From positions 1,024,001 through 1,088,000 of the forward strand of contig OZ255836.1 in NCBI GenBank assembly GCA_965277715.1: 64,000 nucleotides of DNA, read 5' to 3'. The notes under the pieces were generated by a model. It saw only the letters and a program-made list of their open reading frames with translations. It did no database searches and had not been told where the DNA came from. Both the position numbers and the translations under genes were made by a program. Below are positions 20,422 through 30,700 of this stretch, piece after piece; within the stretch, counting starts at the first letter, position 1, and each line of letters begins with the position of its first letter. This DNA is from Gammaproteobacteria bacterium. GTDB lineage: Bacteria; Pseudomonadota; Gammaproteobacteria; JBCCGL01.

Positions 20422-23400
20422 ATGGAAAATACTACCGATCGTTCCAATCAATACATGTCCGTCGCTTCCATAACACCTGAGCCTGGGCAACTCGTAGAGG
20501 TTCGAAGACGCCAGTGGGTTGTCAGTGATGTTCAAGGACAATCTTTCAAAGCTAACGGGGAGCAACATGTCGTGACCCTGTCTTCCTTGGATGAGGACGC
20601 TCTTGGTGAAGAACTTCAGGTGGTCTGGCAGATAGAACCGGGAGCCCAGGCTCTCGAAAAGGCCGGAATGCCTCGTGTAACCGGCATCGATTCCGAGGAC
20701 AAATCGGACGCCTTTCTGGATGCCGTCCGTTGGGGTGCGGTGACAAATGCCGACAGATCGTTCCTTCAGGCTCCTTTCCGAAGCGGAATTACCATTGAAG
20801 ATTACCAACTCGACCCATTGGTACGTGCGATAGACATGGCCCGCGTCAATCTGCTGATTGCGGACGACGTCGGTTTGGGTAAAACCATTGAGGCGGGGCT
20901 GGTTGTACAGGAACTGCTTGTCCGTCATCGAGCGAGAACGGTTTTCATAGTCTGCCCGGCTTCACTGCAGGCCAAGTGGCAGGTCGAGATGTGGGAAAAA
21001 TTCGGATTGGAATTCCGAATTGTCGATACAGATTACATCAAGCGCTTGCGGCGCGAACGCGGCATACACGCCAATCCATGGGCCTCGTTCCCTCGACTCA
21101 TCACTTCCATGGACTGGATGAAAAGCGGTGAAGGTTTACGGCTTGTCAAGGATTGCCTGCCGCCGACCATTACCTATCCAAGAAAGTTCGACATTCTGAT
21201 CATCGATGAAGCACACAATGTCGCACCGTCGACTGCCTCCAAATACGCTCTGGAAAGCCAGAGAACCCGTTTGATCAGAACCATCGCGCCACATTTCGAA
21301 CACCGGCTGTTTCTGAGTGCCACGCCGCACAACGGGTATCAGGAGTCCTTCACTTCGTTGCTGGAATTGCTGGATGACCAGCGATTCGCCCGATCCGTCA
21401 TGCCGGACGAGAAACAGCTGCAGCGCGTGATGGTCAGACGACTCAAGACGGATCTGGTCGATGCTGAAGGGAATCCCTTGTATCCGAAAAGAAGACTGAT
21501 GCCTCTCGAGGTCGATTACTCGGATGAAGAACGCGAGATACATGATCTCCTGAAACAATTTACGGCTGCACGTGCAAAGAGCGTCAAGGGCAGTTCTTTC
21601 GAATACGGTTCAGACTTCGTCCACAAACTTTTGAAAAAGAGGCTTTTCTCTTCCCCAATGGCTTTTGCAGGAACGCTGGCCAAGCACCGGGAAAGCTTGG
21701 AACGTCCAAGGCCGAAACAAAAAGCCGGGGCCATGGACGACAAGATCCTCAAAAAGGCCATCCTGAAAGCGGAAGAGGATTTTGCCAACGACCAGCTCTA
21801 CGAAGATGCCCAGTACGAAACGGTGGAAGCTGCCGGAGAATTGTCGGTCCCTCTCGATCAGGATCAGCGACAGATGCTCGACAGGCTGACCGCGTGGGCC
21901 GAAAAGTCGAAGAATCAGGTGGATGCCAAAGCGACGGCCATCGTCGATTGGCTCGAAGCGCATTTGAAAACCGATGGCGAATGGAACGGAAAACGGGTGA
22001 TTCTCTTCACCGAGTTCCGGGCCACGCATGTATGGATGGAACAGATCCTGACTACCTACGGCTTCGGCGGCGAGCGCATGATGTTGATACATGGTGGTGT
22101 TGACCAGAAGGATCGAGAAAAGATCAAGGCGGCATTTCAGGCCCATCCTGATATCTCACCCGTCAGAATCCTGTTGGCTACCGATGCGGCCTCCGAAGGT
22201 ATCGACCTGCAAAACCACTGTAACTACACGATCCATATCGAGATTCCGTGGAATCCAAACGTCATGGAACAGAGGAACGGCCGTATCGACCGACACGGGC
22301 AAAAGGAGTCCGAAGTCTTTATCTGGCATCCTGTGGGAAAAGGGTTCGAGTCGAACGAATCCATCCACTCGAAAAAGGTCGGCCAGATAGAAGGCGACCA
22401 CGAATACCTGATGAGAGCGGTGCTCAAGATCGACACCATTCGAGAAGATCTCGGAAGTGTTGGACCGGTCATCGCCCAGCAAATAGAGGAAGCCATGCTC
22501 GGCAAAAGGACGGTTCTCGATACCGCCGCTGCCGAAGGAAAAGCCGCGAAGGCGAGAAAATATGTATCCGCCGAGCGTCGCCTTCAGGAAAAGATAGACA
22601 AGCTGCACGAAAGGCTCATGGAGGCCAAGACCGACTTCCACCTTTCGGCCGACCATATACACAGAGCTGTATCCATCGCACTCGAGCTCGCCGAAAAGCC
22701 TTCTTTGAAGCCAGTCTCTTTGCCGGGGGCACCCGAAGGCACCGTGTTCGAGGTGCCTATTCTTCCCGGCTCGTGGGGCCGTGCAACCGCCGGACTCGAA
22801 CATCCCCATACCGGGGAAAGAAGACCGATCACTTTCGATCACGAGGCGGCGAAAGGTCGTGACGACGTCGTCTTGGCTCACTTGAATCATCGACTCGTCC
22901 AGATGTGCTTGCGGCTTTTGCGGGAAGAGCTCTGGAAGCTGGATGACGTGAAAAAGTTGCACCGTGTAAGTGTCAAGACCGTTCCGGACAGTGAACTTTC
23001 GACACCCGCCGTGCTCGTCTGGTCCCGTCTGGTCATCACCGGGGGCGACCATCACCGCCTTCACGAAGAGATAACGATCTCCGGCGGCGAGCTCAAACAC
23101 ACCGGATTTTCGAGAATACCGCAGCAAGGCCGATTGCAGGAGTTGCTGACCAAGGCAGCTATCTTCGATCCGAAAGGCGGTCTTCTGGACATTCTGACCG
23201 AGCGGTTCGAAAAACAGGAGAGCTCCATTCGATCCGCCATGGAAGTCCGTTCTAAAGACAGACTTCGTTTCCTCGAAAACACGCTGGCACGTCGGAAGGA
23301 TGGCGAGATAACCGATTTGACGAACGTCCTCGATGAACTCGAGAAAACGATAAAGAGTGAACTGAAAGATGATGCCCTCCCAAAACAGATGGTTATTCCC

Positions 23401-23583
23401 GGATTCGAACCCGAGGAACGCAACCAGATTCGCAAGGACATCGAAGCCCTGAAAATGCGACTGGCCAGAATTCCCGAAGAACGGGATATGGAAAAAGCGG
23501 CGATAGAAAAACGTTACGCAGGATTGACCGATAGAACCTTCCCGGTGGCCGTGGTCTTTATCGTACCTGAGTCACAAATGTGA
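20422..23583 (+). CDS. drmD: DISARM SNF2-like helicase DrmD
   Basis: PEPGQLVEVRRRQWVV start, IADDVGLGKT, DEAH, SATPHNG, TDAASEGIDLQ, QRNGRIDRHGQ; operon context. Confidence 0.9.
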   Translation: MENTTDRSNQYMSVASITPEPGQLVEVRRRQWVVSDVQGQSFKANGEQHVVTLSSLDEDALGEELQVVWQIEPGAQALEKAGMPRVTGIDSEDKSDAFLDAVRWGAVTNADRSFLQAPFRSGITIEDYQLDPLVRAIDMARVNLLIADDVGLGKTIEAGLVVQELLVRHRARTVFIVCPASLQAKWQVEMWEKFGLEFRIVDTDYIKRLRRERGIHANPWASFPRLITSMDWMKSGEGLRLVKDCLPPTITYPRKFDILIIDEAHNVAPSTASKYALESQRTRLIRTIAPHFEHRLFLSATPHNGYQESFTSLLELLDDQRFARSVMPDEKQLQRVMVRRLKTDLVDAEGNPLYPKRRLMPLEVDYSDEEREIHDLLKQFTAARAKSVKGSSFEYGSDFVHKLLKKRLFSSPMAFAGTLAKHRESLERPRPKQKAGAMDDKILKKAILKAEEDFANDQLYEDAQYETVEAAGELSVPLDQDQRQMLDRLTAWAEKSKNQVDAKATAIVDWLEAHLKTDGEWNGKRVILFTEFRATHVWMEQILTTYGFGGERMMLIHGGVDQKDREKIKAAFQAHPDISPVRILLATDAASEGIDLQNHCNYTIHIEIPWNPNVMEQRNGRIDRHGQKESEVFIWHPVGKGFESNESIHSKKVGQIEGDHEYLMRAVLKIDTIREDLGSVGPVIAQQIEEAMLGKRTVLDTAAAEGKAAKARKYVSAERRLQEKIDKLHERLMEAKTDFHLSADHIHRAVSIALELAEKPSLKPVSLPGAPEGTVFEVPILPGSWGRATAGLEHPHTGERRPITFDHEAAKGRDDVVLAHLNHRLVQMCLRLLREELWKLDDVKKLHRVSVKTVPDSELSTPAVLVWSRLVITGGDHHRLHEEITISGGELKHTGFSRIPQQGRLQELLTKAAIFDPKGGLLDILTERFEKQESSIRSAMEVRSKDRLRFLENTLARRKDGEITDLTNVLDELEKTIKSELKDDALPKQMVIPGFEPEERNQIRKDIEALKMRLARIPEERDMEKAAIEKRYAGLTDRTFPVAVVFIVPESQM

Positions 23584-26500
23584 GGCTGCTGAAAATGAAG
23601 ACTATGTCACAACATACCGAGTGGCTCTCAATGATCGAAGTGTCCGGCCCTTTTCTGGCCGTATCCGTACTGGAGAAGATTTTTCCACAGGGACTTGAGT
23701 CACTGGAAACATACAGAAAGAAACGCATCCGTTCAGCATACGAGGAATGGCGTGATGCCGTCGAGGACGACGATCCCCAGCTTTCCGAGCTGCACCGGGC
23801 TTGGATCGGGCTGGTGCTCGAAGAACTGCTGGAATACGAGGATTCGGTACTCGAAGCCGCATCCGATGAATTTACCTACAAGTCTCCGGATGGAGATGGC
23901 CAGCTTGAGCCCGACTTTGTCTTGAGGGGCGACGGCGGCAGTGCCCCGATGTTGTTCGTATCGATCATGCCCGAGGGCACGGATCTGGAAAAGGTGAAGG
24001 TCGGAGACGGCTGGCCGGTTCCAGTTTTCGAACGAATGACCCTGCTGTGCCGGGACAAGGGAGTCCGGCTCGGACTCGTTACCAATGGCGAACGCTGGAT
24101 GCTGGTGAACGCCCCGGTGGGCAGCACCTCTTCCCATGTATCTTGGTACGCCCGTCTCTGGTTTCAGGAGCCGGTGACCTTGAAAGCGTTTCAGTCCTTA
24201 TTGGGCGTGCGGCGCTGGTTCGGCCCTGAAGAGGAGATCCTTCCTGTCATATTGGAAGATTCTCTCCAGCACCACGAAGAAGTGACGGATACCCTCGGCG
24301 AACAGGTCAAGCGTGCCGTCGAGGTGCTGGTGCAATGTCTGGACAAGGCCGATCAGGACAGAAACCGGGAGCTTTTGCATGACGTTCCTCCAGCCGAACT
24401 CTACGAAGCGGGATTGACGGTGATGATGCGACTGGTGTTCGTTCTTTGTGCCGAGGAACGTGGACTCATGCTTCTTGGGGATCAGGTCTACGATCAATTT
24501 TATGCAATTGTCACACTGAGAGATCAGCTTGACGAAGAACGCGTTCAGCATGGTGATGAAATTCTGGAAAGACGGCACGATGCCTGGACCCGGCTGCTTG
24601 CCGTGTTCAGGGCTGTCTATGGCGGCATAGAGCATGAATCTCTGCGGATGCCCGCACTGGGTGGATCGCTTTTCGACCCGGACCGTTTTCCGTTTCTGGA
24701 AGGCCGTGACAAAGGAACACACTGGCAGGAAACACCTGCACAACCTCTTCCGATAGATAACCGAACCGTATTGCTGCTGCTCGAAGCGTTGCAGGTATTG
24801 GAACAACGCGGCGGAGCGCTGCTGCTTTCCTACAAGGCACTGGATGTCGAGCAGATCGGCCATGTTTACGAAGGTCTGTTGGAACATACCGTTCGCAGGC
24901 TGAAAAAAGACACGCTCGGACTGATCGGCTCCCAGAAAGCCAAGAACCCGAACATCGCGTTGGCCGAACTCGAATCGGCTCGGCTGGATGGTGAAGACGC
25001 GCTGATATCCATCGTGGAGACAACCACATCCAGAAGCAAGAGCGCCATAACCAATGCGCTTGCCAAGGAAGTGGACGATGCCACCTTCGGCAGGATCGTC
25101 ACGGTCTGCGGTGGTGACATGGAACTGGCGGCTCGTCTGAAACCCTTCGCCCATCTGCTTCGAAGCGATGCATGGGGAGACTTCATCGTTTATCGTGCCC
25201 ATTCCTTTGCCGTCACCCTCGGTGCCGACAGGCGGGAAACCGGCACGCACTACACACCTAAATCCCTGACGGAAAGCATCGTCGAAACCACCCTCGAACC
25301 GGTGGCCTATGTCGGCCCGGCAGAAGGTAAGCCGCGTGAAGAGTGGCAGCTGAAGTCCTCACCCGAACTGCTGGAATTGAAAATCTGTGACCCTGCCATG
25401 GGCTCCGGAGCCTTTCTCGTTCAGGTCTGCCGCTGGCTGTCCGAACGTTTGGTCGAAGCGTGGGGCAAGGATGCGGGTCAGGGAAAATTCATCACCGTGG
25501 ATGGTGTCGTTCTGAAGTCGACAGGCAGCGCCGAACCGATGCCCGACTCGCTGGACGAACGCTTGTTGATCGCCCGGCGTCTGGTGGCGGAAAAATGTTT
25601 GTATGGTGTCGACCTCAATCCATTGGCCGTGGAACTGGCAAAGCTCTCTATTTGGCTGATCACGCTGGCCAAGGGCAGACCCTTCGGCTTTCTCGACCAC
25701 AACCTGCGCTCCGGCGACAGCCTGCTCGGACTGCACAAGCTGGAACAGTTGACCAAGTTTTCACTACACCCGGAAAAGAAGAAGACCATATCCATGTTCG
25801 CTTCCAATATCGAAGCGGCGGTCACTGATGCACTCACGCTCCGCAAACAGCTCCGTGAGACCCCGATTCGGGATATCCGGGACGTTCAATACATGGAGCG
25901 GCTGGACCAAGAGGCCCGGCAGAAGCTTGAACATATCGAACACATTGCCGATGCCATGATCGGTGAAGCCTTGGCTACCGGTGGCAATCAGCGAGCGCTA
26001 GATACCGCCATGGACAACCTGTCCACATGGGCGGCCGCCTATATCGAAGGCGACAACGAGACCGGACGAAAGATCATTGCCGAGGCGAGAAATTCACTGT
26101 CCATTGATCTTCCGGCAGGTAAACCGCCAAGGAAACCTTTTCATTGGGCCTTGGAATTTCCCGAGGTATTCGGACAAGGTGGATTTGATGGGATTGTCGG
26201 GAATCCACCATTTATGGGAGGGCAAAAAATAACTGGTGCGTTAGGCACTTGCTATCGGGATTATCTGGTTGAGCAAATAGCCGAAGGTAGGTGCGGCTCA
26301 GCGGATTTTGTTGCCTATTTTTTCATTCGGGCCAACATCATTCTCGTGCCCAATGGCACCTTTGGCTTGATCGCGGTCAACACTATAGGAGAGGGAAACA
26401 CTCGAAAGGTTGGGCTTGATTCAATTCTCGCTTCTGGATCATCAATTTACAATGCAACTCCGAATGTCGTTTGGCCGGGGAAAGCGAATGTCGTTACCAG

Positions 26501-27761
26501 TAGTGTGCATGTTACAAAATGCGAATGGAATGGCGCTAAATATATCAATCAGAATGAAGTCGAAACAATAAGCTCAGCATTGACCCAAAGAGAATATTGG
26601 CACCCCGTTAAACCGCTTCGAAATCAAGGTTTAGTTTTTCAAGGTGCCATTATCTTAGGAGATGGTTTCCTCGTTCATGGGGATACATTTGCAGAATGGG
26701 AAACAGAACATGATCCATCTTGCAAAGTAGTTTTTGACTACCTAATTGGCAAAGAGATCAACCAATCCCCAACCCATCAACCTGATAGAAAGGTTATAAA
26801 TTTCTTTGATTGGTCAGAGAAGAAAGCTCATGCATTCAGCTCGGCTTTCCAATGGATAGAGAAAAACGTTAGACCTGAACGCCAGAGGTTGAATGAAAAA
26901 GGCCAATTTGCTTTGCTAAAACCTTTGCCTCAAAGATGGTGGCAATACGGGAGAAAACGTCCTACATTATTCCATGCAATTGGTCGTGGCCACAGCTTTG
27001 AAAAGCACCCTGCAGGCTGGGATGATCATCAAGAACCATTAGAACGTGTCATCGTCTTTGCAAGAGCCGCCACAAAATATCCATGCTTCACGTTTGTTCC
27101 TAACACCTATATATACGCTGACTCCACTTGTGTAATAGCAAGCCAGAGCTTTTCGTTGTTTACAGTCCTTTCGTCGGATATCCACACAGTTTGGGCTTGG
27201 GAGTACTGCTCAAAAATGAAGCAGGATATGCGTTATACACATGGCGATATTTTTGAAACGTTCCCTTTTCCAATGGGAGTACTTGATGCTGGCAATGAAA
27301 CCTTATCTGAGCTTGGAGAACAGTTTTTCAATTTACGTTCACAATACATGCAAGCCAACGACAAAGGCATGACTAAATTTTACAATGATTTTCATGACCC
27401 TGAAAATGTAACAGATGAGATAAAAGAACTTCGAGATATACAAGTTAGAATAAACGAAGCTGTTCTTAGTGTGTATGGAATGGATGCGCTCAATCTATGC
27501 CAAGGATTTCATGAAGTAGCATACTTGCCGGAAGGAAAAAATACCCGTTTCACTGTGAGCGAAGAAGCTCGTGAGAATCTTTTACACAGTTTAGCGAAGG
27601 TGAATAAGGAACTCTACGAGGAAGAGGTCGCTCAAGGGCTGCATGACAAAAAGAAAAAGAAGACCTCGACTCCCCGCAAAAAGAAAACATCCCCGGCCAA
27701 AGACGGTAGCAATTTGGATCTGTTCAATTTCATGAACGTCTTCGCGAAGGGGGCGAAATGA
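23580..27761 (+). CDS. drmMI: DISARM adenine methyltransferase DrmMI (type IIG-like); start may be the ATG at 23595
   Basis: EWLSMIEVSGPFL start, LVTNGERW, GTHYTP, DPAMGSGAF, GNPPF; lies between drmD and drmA. Confidence 0.87.
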   Translation: MRLLKMKTMSQHTEWLSMIEVSGPFLAVSVLEKIFPQGLESLETYRKKRIRSAYEEWRDAVEDDDPQLSELHRAWIGLVLEELLEYEDSVLEAASDEFTYKSPDGDGQLEPDFVLRGDGGSAPMLFVSIMPEGTDLEKVKVGDGWPVPVFERMTLLCRDKGVRLGLVTNGERWMLVNAPVGSTSSHVSWYARLWFQEPVTLKAFQSLLGVRRWFGPEEEILPVILEDSLQHHEEVTDTLGEQVKRAVEVLVQCLDKADQDRNRELLHDVPPAELYEAGLTVMMRLVFVLCAEERGLMLLGDQVYDQFYAIVTLRDQLDEERVQHGDEILERRHDAWTRLLAVFRAVYGGIEHESLRMPALGGSLFDPDRFPFLEGRDKGTHWQETPAQPLPIDNRTVLLLLEALQVLEQRGGALLLSYKALDVEQIGHVYEGLLEHTVRRLKKDTLGLIGSQKAKNPNIALAELESARLDGEDALISIVETTTSRSKSAITNALAKEVDDATFGRIVTVCGGDMELAARLKPFAHLLRSDAWGDFIVYRAHSFAVTLGADRRETGTHYTPKSLTESIVETTLEPVAYVGPAEGKPREEWQLKSSPELLELKICDPAMGSGAFLVQVCRWLSERLVEAWGKDAGQGKFITVDGVVLKSTGSAEPMPDSLDERLLIARRLVAEKCLYGVDLNPLAVELAKLSIWLITLAKGRPFGFLDHNLRSGDSLLGLHKLEQLTKFSLHPEKKKTISMFASNIEAAVTDALTLRKQLRETPIRDIRDVQYMERLDQEARQKLEHIEHIADAMIGEALATGGNQRALDTAMDNLSTWAAAYIEGDNETGRKIIAEARNSLSIDLPAGKPPRKPFHWALEFPEVFGQGGFDGIVGNPPFMGGQKITGALGTCYRDYLVEQIAEGRCGSADFVAYFFIRANIILVPNGTFGLIAVNTIGEGNTRKVGLDSILASGSSIYNATPNVVWPGKANVVTSSVHVTKCEWNGAKYINQNEVETISSALTQREYWHPVKPLRNQGLVFQGAIILGDGFLVHGDTFAEWETEHDPSCKVVFDYLIGKEINQSPTHQPDRKVINFFDWSEKKAHAFSSAFQWIEKNVRPERQRLNEKGQFALLKPLPQRWWQYGRKRPTLFHAIGRGHSFEKHPAGWDDHQEPLERVIVFARAATKYPCFTFVPNTYIYADSTCVIASQSFSLFTVLSSDIHTVWAWEYCSKMKQDMRYTHGDIFETFPFPMGVLDAGNETLSELGEQFFNLRSQYMQANDKGMTKFYNDFHDPENVTDEIKELRDIQVRINEAVLSVYGMDALNLCQGFHEVAYLPEGKNTRFTVSEEARENLLHSLAKVNKELYEEEVAQGLHDKKKKKTSTPRKKKTSPAKDGSNLDLFNFMNVFAKGAK

Positions 27762-27776
27762 TATGGAGGCTCGTAA

Positions 27777-30700
27777 ATGACTGACAACGACAATGTGAAT
27801 CCCGAACAAACCCCGCCGGTGACTTCGGGAAGATATAACAACGCATGGCTGGTGAGGTTCGGTGAGGCAGCCCGCTTGGATGGCTATGTCCTTACCATCG
27901 ACCTCGGCTCTTCCAGCTTGCGCGGTATCCAGACGGAAGACGCCATGCTGGTCACCGAAAAGCGTGACGGTCAGTACACCGTGATCGGTGTAGGTCGGGT
28001 ATTCAGGAAGCGCTACTCGCTGGAAGATACTTCATTCTATTTCGATGGTTATCTACCGGCAACACCGAACGCCACACTGGACGAACTGACCATTCCCGTA
28101 CCGGAAAACAAGGCACCGATCAACAGACTGGATTGGGCGCTGTTCGAGAAGGCCCTGAAAACGACCACTGGTGTTAGCTGGGCGGTATTCCCCGTGGTTT
28201 CGGGAGATTCATCCAGCGAACAGGCATACGTTCGGGAGTTGATGCAAGCGGCCATGATCGACGACCTTCTGGGACCCGCCGACGGCCCAGTCGAGGAGAT
28301 CATCGGTATGAGCGTTCGTGATCGCTATCTGGTCGGTAAGCTGGCTCCGCAAAATGCGGTCATTACCGAAGAGGACGAATTGCCCGGAGCCGGAGCCGAA
28401 GACGAGCAGGAAGGCACACGAGAGGTGGATGCCTCGACCAACCAGTCGCTTGTACCCTCGTCCTTGGGCTTCACGTTTTGCGTGGATTCCACGGTGGACA
28501 AGGTGGAACTTATCGCCAACTGGGGGCGCTACGAAAGGACGGAGAGCGAGCGGATCAACGAGGCCAACGACAAGCCTTTACGCTGCTGGAAGCGTATCCC
28601 GTCCGGCGGTTCTGTCATCATTCCTATGAACAAACGGAAAATCGAACCGCTCGTCATCGACAACCAGTGCCCGGAGGTTCTGGTGCAGGGCTCCATCAGC
28701 CCGCCTCTGGATAACGGAGATCGGCTGGTGACGCTGTTTTTCATCAACAACCAGTCCATGCCGGAACAGAATCAGGATCAGGCATGGGTTTTCCAACCGG
28801 AACTGATCGTCCGGGACCCGGAAAAACGCTCCATCTTCAGACGGCGACCGGTACTGGATTCCGATGGCGGTGATGCCGAGCGTGAAGCGTTGGAAATGAT
28901 TTACAGAAAACAGGTCGAGTTCGCGGTCGGTCACGGGGTATCCGTCCATGCGACCACGGCCGAAAACGATACGGAACACGCCGTCGAGATCAGAACTGCC
29001 ATTTTACCGGAATACGAAGTGCCGGTCACCGAAACGCCGGGGCTTGCAGAAGAAGACCGTCCGGGCATGAAGCGCATGATTGCCGAAGGGTTTCTCGACA
29101 TGGAAAACCTCGCGCAATTGGACAAAGAAGCCCTCGTCGCAGGATTGAAGATATTGACCGAGGATTACGCCCTCTGGATAACCGAACAACGGGAACGTAT
29201 CGGCAAGGATGTTCTCGGATACGACGGTGCCGCATCGGCGGCCATGGATCGTTGCGCACAGATCCTCTATCGTCTGGAAGAAGGTATAGGTTCTTTGGAA
29301 ACGAACGAGCACGCTCTCGAGGCTTTCCGTTTTGCCAACCGTGCCATGGCGTTGCAACGTATCCGCAGTATATACGCATTGAGCAAGAGGCGTGGTGACG
29401 ATCCTGACATCGATGACTTGAACGTTCGAAAGAACCGCTCGTGGAGACCGTTCCAGCTGGCCTTCATGCTACTGTCGTTGCCAGCCTTGGCCGATCCGGA
29501 GCACAAGGACAGAACCGAGCCGCTCGAAGCCTATGCCGACCTTCTCTGGTTTCCCACCGGTGGTGGTAAGACCGAGGCGTATCTGGGCGTGGCAGCCTTC
29601 ACCATGGCTATAAGAAGGTTGCAGGGTGATCTGGGCGGTCTGGATGGTACGTGCGGCCTCGCCGTGATCATGAGATACACCCTCCGCCTGTTGACCCTTC
29701 AGCAGTTTCAGCGTGCGACTACCCTGATCTGTGCCTTGGAATCGATGCGTCGTGAAGATCCCAAGAAATGGGGAAAGACTCCTTTCACCATCGGCCTCTG
29801 GGTCGGTAACCGGGTCACTCCCGGAAGCACAGAGGAAGCACATACGGCCATTCAGAGTTTCAGGAATGGGAAGCGTCACGGCAGCAATTCTCCGGCCCAG
29901 TTGACCACGTGTCCGTGGTGTGGTGCCGAGATTGCCGAAGGCCGGGACATCGAAGTGAAAAAGGATATCGGACGGACCTTCATCTATTGCGGCGACAAGT
30001 TCGGACGCTGTGATTTCGGCAGAAGCAAGTCCAAGGATATGGGAATCCCCGTTCTGGTGGTGGACGAAGAAATTTACAGACAACCTCCGACCATGTTGAT
30101 CGCCACGGTGGACAAGTTCGCCATGATGGCGTGGCGCGGACAGGTGCGAACGCTCTTTGGCCGGGCCACTCAGGAATGCGGCCGACATGGTCTACTCTGG
30201 CCCAATGCGGATTGTACCGGTAATCACAACGCCAAGGGCAGTCTTCCCAAGGTCACGGTGAAAGACATCACGCCGATTCGACCACCGGATCTAATCATTC
30301 AGGACGAGTTCCATCTCATCAGCGGCCCGCTGGGAACGATGGTCGGGCTTTACGAGACAGCCGTGGATGAACTCTCCACTTGGCAGGTCGGTGGTAAGTC
30401 GATCCGGCCCAAGGTCATCGCCTCGACGGCCACCGTGCGCAAGGCCGTCGAGCAGGTCAACAACGTGTTTTTGAGACAGGTGGCGGTCTTTCCACCCCAC
30501 GGGCTGGATGTGGAGGACAACTTCTTCTCGGTCCAGCGCCCTATCGAGGAAAGACCGGGCCGTCGATACATGGGGATCTGTTCCCCGGGAAGCTCGCGTC
30601 CGGCGGTATTGATTCGTGTCTACGTGGCTATGTTGACAGCCGCGCAGTCACTTTTCGAACGGTTCGGTCAGGTCGCAGACCCGTACATGACAGTTGTCGG

